Origin: Balanoglossus misakiensis
Lineage: Eukaryota > Animalia > Hemichordata
Direction: 5' to 3'
DNA length: 64,000 nt
Assembly: GCA_040954595.2 (NCBI GenBank)
Contig: CM082578.2
Coordinates: 525,740 to 589,739, forward strand
Shown here piece by piece: positions 57,988 through 64,000 of the stretch (positions are counted from its first letter, which is position 1; the number at the start of each line of letters is the position of its first letter). The notes below the pieces were generated by a model that was not told the DNA's origin, made no database searches, and was given only the letters and a program-made list of their open reading frames with translations. The position numbers were made by a program, and so were the translations under genes.

Positions 57988-60349
57988 GTATATATATCGT
58001 ATGACTAACGAGGCGACATCCATAATATCAACCGAGGACGAAGTCCGAGGTTGATATTATGGATGACGCCGAAGTAGTCATACGATATTTAACATACACA
58101 ACGAGTGAAAGGTGCAGGCCCCTCTACAAGTAAACACCCCTCAACCGACAATACAGTGTTTAAAAATCTTTTGTATGGACCCTAAGCGGTTGATATCAGC
58201 CTAACTTTCAAAATGGTATGGTCCTACTTACGGAAAGTATTTAATTATTCAGCGTTTTGCACCTGGGATGCATATATTGCCTAGTTCAACCAATTATTGT
58301 TTAGTAATAAGCTCACATGCAATGTTTCTTCCAATTGTATTGGCTGTGCATGTTTTACACATGCACAATGGCATATCTTATAATATAAATGCACGGCCAC
58401 GAGGCACAATTTCTTTCTACCTGAACGTGTCATAGTGGCAGCATGGCGCATGAGGTGTATCCCGATTTTTCTGATATCTCTGATGAAGAGTTAATTGAAG
58501 CCTCACAAGCAGCAGAATATTTGAACGAGCTTGGCTTCGAAAATATCGATATAGCAGTCAGGAGCATTCCTTCGGTGAGTCACGAATTCTTTTATTCATT
58601 CCGCCATTTTCACCTTTTTATCGTGTACGTTGTCGTTGAACATGCAAGTAAGAATGTATATTGAATCATTTTTTATTTCGTTAAAGGACATTCCCAGAGG
58701 GCGGTTTGCTGACCCAGTGTCGGATTCCTGCGTACAGGGGGTTGCAAAAAATTCCATTCCCAAGAATACTCAACGCCGTAATATGTGGGCGCTACGGACT
58801 TTCAACGAATGGGCCATGGCCCGAAATAATACTCGCGTCGAGTCGTCAACTGATGAGAAAGTGAAGATAACTCGTAGTATAGAAACGATGTCCACAGACG
58901 ATTTGCAGTATTGGCTTAGCAAGTTTGTACTGGAGGCGAGGAAAGTCGACGGACACCCCTACCCACCAAAAACTGTACTCTCATTGATAATGGGCTTGCA
59001 AAGTTATGTATGTTTCGAAAGACAAACCCGGACAAACTTTCTTGCCGACCAAGAATTTGTTGGTTTCCGTCAGGTTCTTGATGCAGAGATGAAGAGACTG
59101 TCTAGCATTGGTATCGGAACAAACAAGAAACAGGCTGAGGCAATATCTACTGAGCAAATCGATTTACTGTGGAAAATGAAACTACCAGGCGACCATTCCC
59201 CCAGGGTTCTTGTCCGCACAATGGTATTCTTGAATGGGAAACATTTTGCCCTCAGAAGTGGACAGGAACACCGTGCGCTTCGCTTTGACCCACCTCAGAT
59301 TACTTTGCGTGAACCTGATGGCGACACTCCGTATCTGCTATACGTGGAAGACGTGTCAAAAAGCAACCAAGGTGGACTAAAACACATGAAAGTTCGTCGA
59401 AAGGAAGTGAAACATTATGCAAATACTGATAATCCAGCGAGATGTCATGTTCGGCTATATAAAAAATACGTTTCGCTGTGTCCACCAAATGCGAACAAGA
59501 GTACGTTCTACTTGCAACCCTTGCGAAAATACGAAGAATCGTCGAAGGTGTGGTTCAGCAAACAGGCTATGGGCCACAACTCCCTGCAACCTGTGGTACC
59601 TGAACTATTTAGAGCAGCTGGGATAAATGGTCACTTTACCAATCACGGCCTGAGAGCTACAGCTGCTACGAGCCTTTTCCAAAACGGAGTTGATGAACAG
59701 TAAATTATGGAACGCACAGGACATCGTTCTGTAGAAGGCGAGTACATGTATCTCCTTTTTTCAAAACAGTTTTAAAAAGTAAATGCACTTTATGATCTCT
59801 TGATTTACTGATTTATTGTTTACATTTCAAGGTGTTCGTAATTACAAGCGTTCGAGTCAGGAACAACAGAAGAGGGTGATTGACATCTTAAATGGTCCAG
59901 CTGCAACCAAAAGCCATCGCGAAACCCCAATTAAAAGTGATAATACCGACGTCAAACAACATGAAATCTCCAGCAACGTCAAGTCCAATGTGGTTTACAA
60001 CAACTGTATATTCCATATTCAAAAATAGAAATTGAATGTAATTGAATAAATATTAAGATGTTTAAATGTTACATTTTGTAGTTTTGTCTGCATTTTTATT
60101 TGGAGATAGGTCGTGATATTGTCTCGAGGCGTAGCCGAGAGTCAATATCACGACCGTACCGCCAAATATTCATTTTCGAGGCATGATGGCTGAAATATCA
60201 CGAGACGAAGTCGAGTGAAATTTCTGCTATCATGCCGAGAGTTCAATAGGTTGATATCACCCCACCCCAAAAATATCACCTCAAAATGAGGTTGCTCTCT
60301 AAAATTTCAACCGCTAAATCTATTGTACTATCTGTGACGAGTTGTGTAT
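57988..60349 (+). mobile_element. Crypton DNA transposon (DUF3504/KCTD1-ZMYM-QRICH1-like YR) with terminal hairpins
   Basis: Absent from the paralogous empty site ATTTTAC|TAACAGTTC at ~57015-57030; GTAT at both ends; long hairpins at 57994-58088 and 60109-60240. Confidence 0.88.
58443..60028 (+). pseudogene. Crypton tyrosine recombinase, three exons (58443-58574, 58687-59737, 59832-60028), premature TAA at 59701
   Basis: IPKNT...WA...F..W, FVLEARKVDG.PYPP, FALRSGQEH, SKSNQGG, FTNHGLRAT, GHRSVEG|VRNYKR. Exon phases are compatible; second donor is GC. Confidence 0.87.
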
Positions 60350-60632
60350 TAACAGTTCAAGTACCATTACTACCCTTGGGGTGGGAGTAACATTTTATTA
60401 ACAACTATCGAGAAGCAGGGAGGGCATGACATTTTTATTATTGGTAACTTATAGTACAAAGTGAGTGTTGGACATGACATTTGACTAACAGTTATAGTAC
60501 AGAACTAGGGGAAGGCATGTCATTTTACTAAAAAGCAAGGGATGTGCATGATATTGTACTTACCGTTAAGTATTACATGTAGTACAATGAGGGATTGTCA
60601 TAACATTTTATTAACAGCAACAGTACAGAACA

Positions 60633-62119
60633 ACAACGGTAATCACGTCGGGTTTCCTACGGCCTGGCTCAGCTGAAGCCCCGGCACTCTAGAGTAGAAA
60701 CAGGCGAACATTGACCACGTTGATCAAGTCAGATTTCCTACGGCGTGACTCGACTAAAACCCCGGCACACTATGACAGTCACTAGCGTTCGTTAGCAACG
60801 TTGATCAAGTCAGATTTCCTACGGCATGGCTTGGCTAAAGCCCCGGCACTCTAGAGCAGAAACACGCGTACAGAGACCACGTTGATCAAGTCTGATCTCC
60901 TACGGCTTGGCTCGACTAAAACCCCGGCACACTACGACAGTCACTAGCGTTCGTTAGCAACGTTGATCAAGTCAGATTTCCTACGGCATGGCTTGGCTAA
61001 AGCCCTGGCACTCTAGAGCAGAAACACGCGTACAGAGACCACGTTGATCTACTCACATGTCCTTCGGCCTGGCACGGCTGATGCCCCGGCACTATATATA
61101 GGACACAGACTGGCGTAAGTTATCAACGGTGATTACGTCGGATTTCCTACGGCCTGGTTTAGCTGAAGCCCCGGCACTTTAGAGCGGAAACACGCGTACA
61201 TTGACCACGATTATCAAGTCAGATCTCCTACGGCTTGGCTCGACTAAAACCTCGGCACACCATGACAGACACTAGCGTTCGTTAGCAACGGTGATCAAGT
61301 CGGATTTCATTCGGCCGGGCTCTGCAAAAGACCCGACACTCTAGTACAAAGACGTTGGCTAAGTCGGGCAAACCGAAGAGGGAAAGTCACAGCGGGTCAT
61401 CACTCGACATTTGTTCGGGTATTACTGCATTATTGCCTCTCAATTTATAGAGAAAGCCCGAATTTAACCAGGGCGTTTCAAACACCGACGTTAGTTGGGG
61501 GCACGGCCTTCAGTACTGCCGGGTAAGCTGACATCGGCGTACCACATATAATGTAGGGGGGGGGGGGTGGAAACAGAACGGTTCAATACTACATTTATTA
61601 GATATCAGCTAATTTTGGACAATCACCTAAAATCTAAATCATTTTTTCATATTTGGATATCTGATGATGTATGAAATTTCCATTATATGTAAAAATGGTG
61701 CTGATTATAAAAAATGCACTCTGAATGAGCTGATTTAATACAAAATTGCGTTTTATTCGTTTTTGCACCAAATATGTCATTTTTAGGCAAAACATTCTTT
61801 ATTTTTTTAATTCGGTGACCTGATCACATATAAACAATTGCTTGTATGTTAAAAGTTTTTATGACTCTTAAAAGCAGTGACACTGGCGGCATTCAAGACG
61901 AAAATAACCATTTTAGCCACATTTTGGTCAAAAATGGTAAATTTTTGAAAATTACGAAAAATAACTGTTTTCTACATTTTCGGATATCTGATGGGGTATA
62001 GAATGCTCTTCGTATGTATATATCGATACAAATTGCACAAAAGACAGTCTAATTTGGCTCACTGCAGACAAAATTGCGTTTTACCAAATTTTCCTTGAAA
62101 ATGTCATTTTTAGAAAAAC
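60633..62119 (+). repeat. Partial macrosatellite unit
   Basis: Same 81-bp subunits, unique segment and AT-rich subunits as 9-39 kb. Confidence 0.95.
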
Positions 62120-62390
62120 AATTTTGCTGTTTGAACCTCTAGCTTTATGCTATATTTCGCAAAACTATTACTATCGGCTGTTAGTATACGGATCCACCCA
62201 GTAGGGGACTGCAACCACCGGGCTAATTCGCCACATTTGTCCCGTATCACCCGAGGTGGGGAGGCCCCGGGGGTACGCTGGGGATTAGAAAATTTTGTAA
62301 AATAAAGGGTGCGAAACTGCATTTTGTGGACTCAAAAGCACAAGTTTTGTGGCATAAGTATGTGAACCCAGTTTCGCACCCTTTATTTAC

Positions 62391-63633
62391 AAAATAATAT
62401 TATGGTCTTTTCCCAGAAAGACAAATGTACCCCCCCCCTCGTATAAAAATACAAGCCACCGTTATTACATATTGAGTTTAGTTTTAAAACATGTTTAGTA
62501 AGGTTTCTAATACATATACAGATATAATTTCATATTGATTTGGTGTATTTCATTTAGCTTAGCATTAAAATACATTAGGGCAGCGTTATTACATATTGGG
62601 TTAAGGTGTTATTACATATTGGGTTAACGTTTATTACATATAGGGTTAGTGTTACATCTTGGGTTAAGTGTTATTACATATTGGGTTAGTATTACATATT
62701 GAGTTAATTATTACATATTGGGGTGATACAGCTAACGAACGCTAGTGTCTGTCATAGTGTGCCGGGGTTTTAGTCGAGCCAAGCCGTAGGAGATTAGACT
62801 TGATCAACGTGGTCTCTGTACGCGTTTGTCTGCTCTAGAGTGCCGGGGCTTTATCCAAGCCATGCCGTAGAAAATCTGACATGATCACCGTTGCTAACGT
62901 ACGCTAGTGTCTGTCATATTGTGACGGAGATTTAGCCGAGCCAGGCCGTAGAAAAATCGACTTGTTCAACGTTACCAGTGTGCAACTGTTTCTGCTCTAG
63001 AGTGTCAGGGTTTTAGCCGACTTATGCTGTAGGAAATCTGAGTTGATGAACGGGAATTCAATGTTAGAAAACCCGTGTGGAAAGTATCTCTACCCGTTTG
63101 AAACTAAGAAAAGAATGTATTCTTATTTATTTTGTAAAAAAGACAATTTTTCGAAAAAAAGTCGAAAATGGTAATTTTGTCTTGGGTGATTCAAATTATA
63201 CCGCCTTTTCTGGAATTTGCAGCATTTTTTACAAGAGAACGACACTTCATGCTCCATAATATTTCCGAAAATGAAGAAAAGAGTTATTTTTTTATGATTT
63301 TTTTAAAAATTTACCATTTTTGTCATAATATGGCCAAAATGGCTATTTTTTCTTGAATTCCGTCTATATCTCTGCATTTTTGGAGTGGTCGAAACTTTTA
63401 ACATACAATCAACATGTCATATATAATCAGGGCACCGAATTCGAAGAACAATTAAAGCTTGTTTTAATTGTTTTTCTAAAAATGACATTTTCAAGGAAAA
63501 TTTGGTAAAACGCAATTTTGTCTGCAGTGAGCCAAATTAGACTGTCTTTTGTGCAATTTGTATCGATATATACATACGAAGAGCATTCTATACTCCATCA
63601 GATATCCGAAAATGTAGAAAACAGGTATTTTTT
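62391..63633 (-). repeat. Inverted copy of ~38147-39329 (satellite plus left arm of the MITE)
   Basis: Same junction GGGGTGATACA|GCTAACGAACGCTAG and the shared diagnostic AAGCTTTAA variant. Confidence 0.92.
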
Positions 63634-64000
63634 GTGTCACAAAGTGTCTATAGGGTTGTGTGTTGTCTTGTGTGTCCAGTGTTGTTTTTGTGTGGTGGTT
63701 AAAGGTTAGTTAGGATTTGCTGCACGTCTACTTGTCTGAGGTGGTTAGACAGTCAGTTACACATATTACCATCGGACGGCTTTGACAAAATGAACTCTGC
63801 TATGACACACCACCAGTGTGAATAACTGCGCATGGACAATTCACCAGCCCTGGATTACATAATCTCTGCACTGATTTGGTTTGCATGAATAATTCGGAGG
63901 TGATAATTCGGGGAGAAACGAAAACAATAGACAGTGGAGAACAGTGGACAATCATTCTGAATAAATTATTGTAGAAAATATGTACAGCAATGCACCTGGA

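Larger units (their letters stand above)
56524..60632. repeat. ~960-bp tandem duplication (56524-57480; 57481-57987 + 60350-60632), second copy split by a Crypton
   Basis: Collinear near-identity; contains degenerate GGGCATGACATTTTA...TACAGAAC subrepeats. Confidence 0.88.

Noticed and set aside
58443-60028. Host KCTD1/ZMYM/QRICH1 gene
   Set aside because: No BTB or MYM domains, catalytic residues retained, bounded by hairpins, and absent from the paralogous empty site.
63634-64000. Possible start of another element at the window end
   Set aside because: No ORF, partner repeat or recognisable motif within the window.

Overview
Animal (probably marine invertebrate) heterochromatin-type DNA made almost entirely of repeats and nested transposons; no prokaryotic genes and no CRISPR. 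In order: the 3' half of a DIRS1-type tyrosine-recombinase (YR) retrotransposon (1-~2860), inserted in an intron of a spliced gene whose product resembles a degenerate beta-class N6/N4 DNA methyltransferase (2873-5742); a 32-bp minisatellite; a 1.4-1.9 kb macrosatellite built from 81-bp and ~330-bp subunits (9.0-38.96 kb), interrupted by a full-length defective Gypsy element with an extra zinc-finger ORF (25167-34648); a TGT...ACA foldback MITE; a Penelope fragment with a hammerhead ribozyme carrying a compensatory G3:C8 core; a Tx1/Keno-type element fused to the 5' end of U2 snRNA; a complete split-direct-repeat (PAT/Ngaro-type) YR retrotransposon (45807-54750) holding a non-autonomous LTR insertion; duplicated blocks with a conserved structured motif; a Crypton; more satellite and a 1.2-kb inverted duplication. 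The strongest candidate for an undescribed system is the YR retrotransposon's expression scheme: one leader exon appears to splice to three alternative phase-0 acceptors giving Gag, RT-RNaseH-MTase and Zn-ribbon-YR, each with its own poly(A) signal, and a 19-bp stem encloses the pol acceptor. All calls come from reading motifs by eye; no database search was run.
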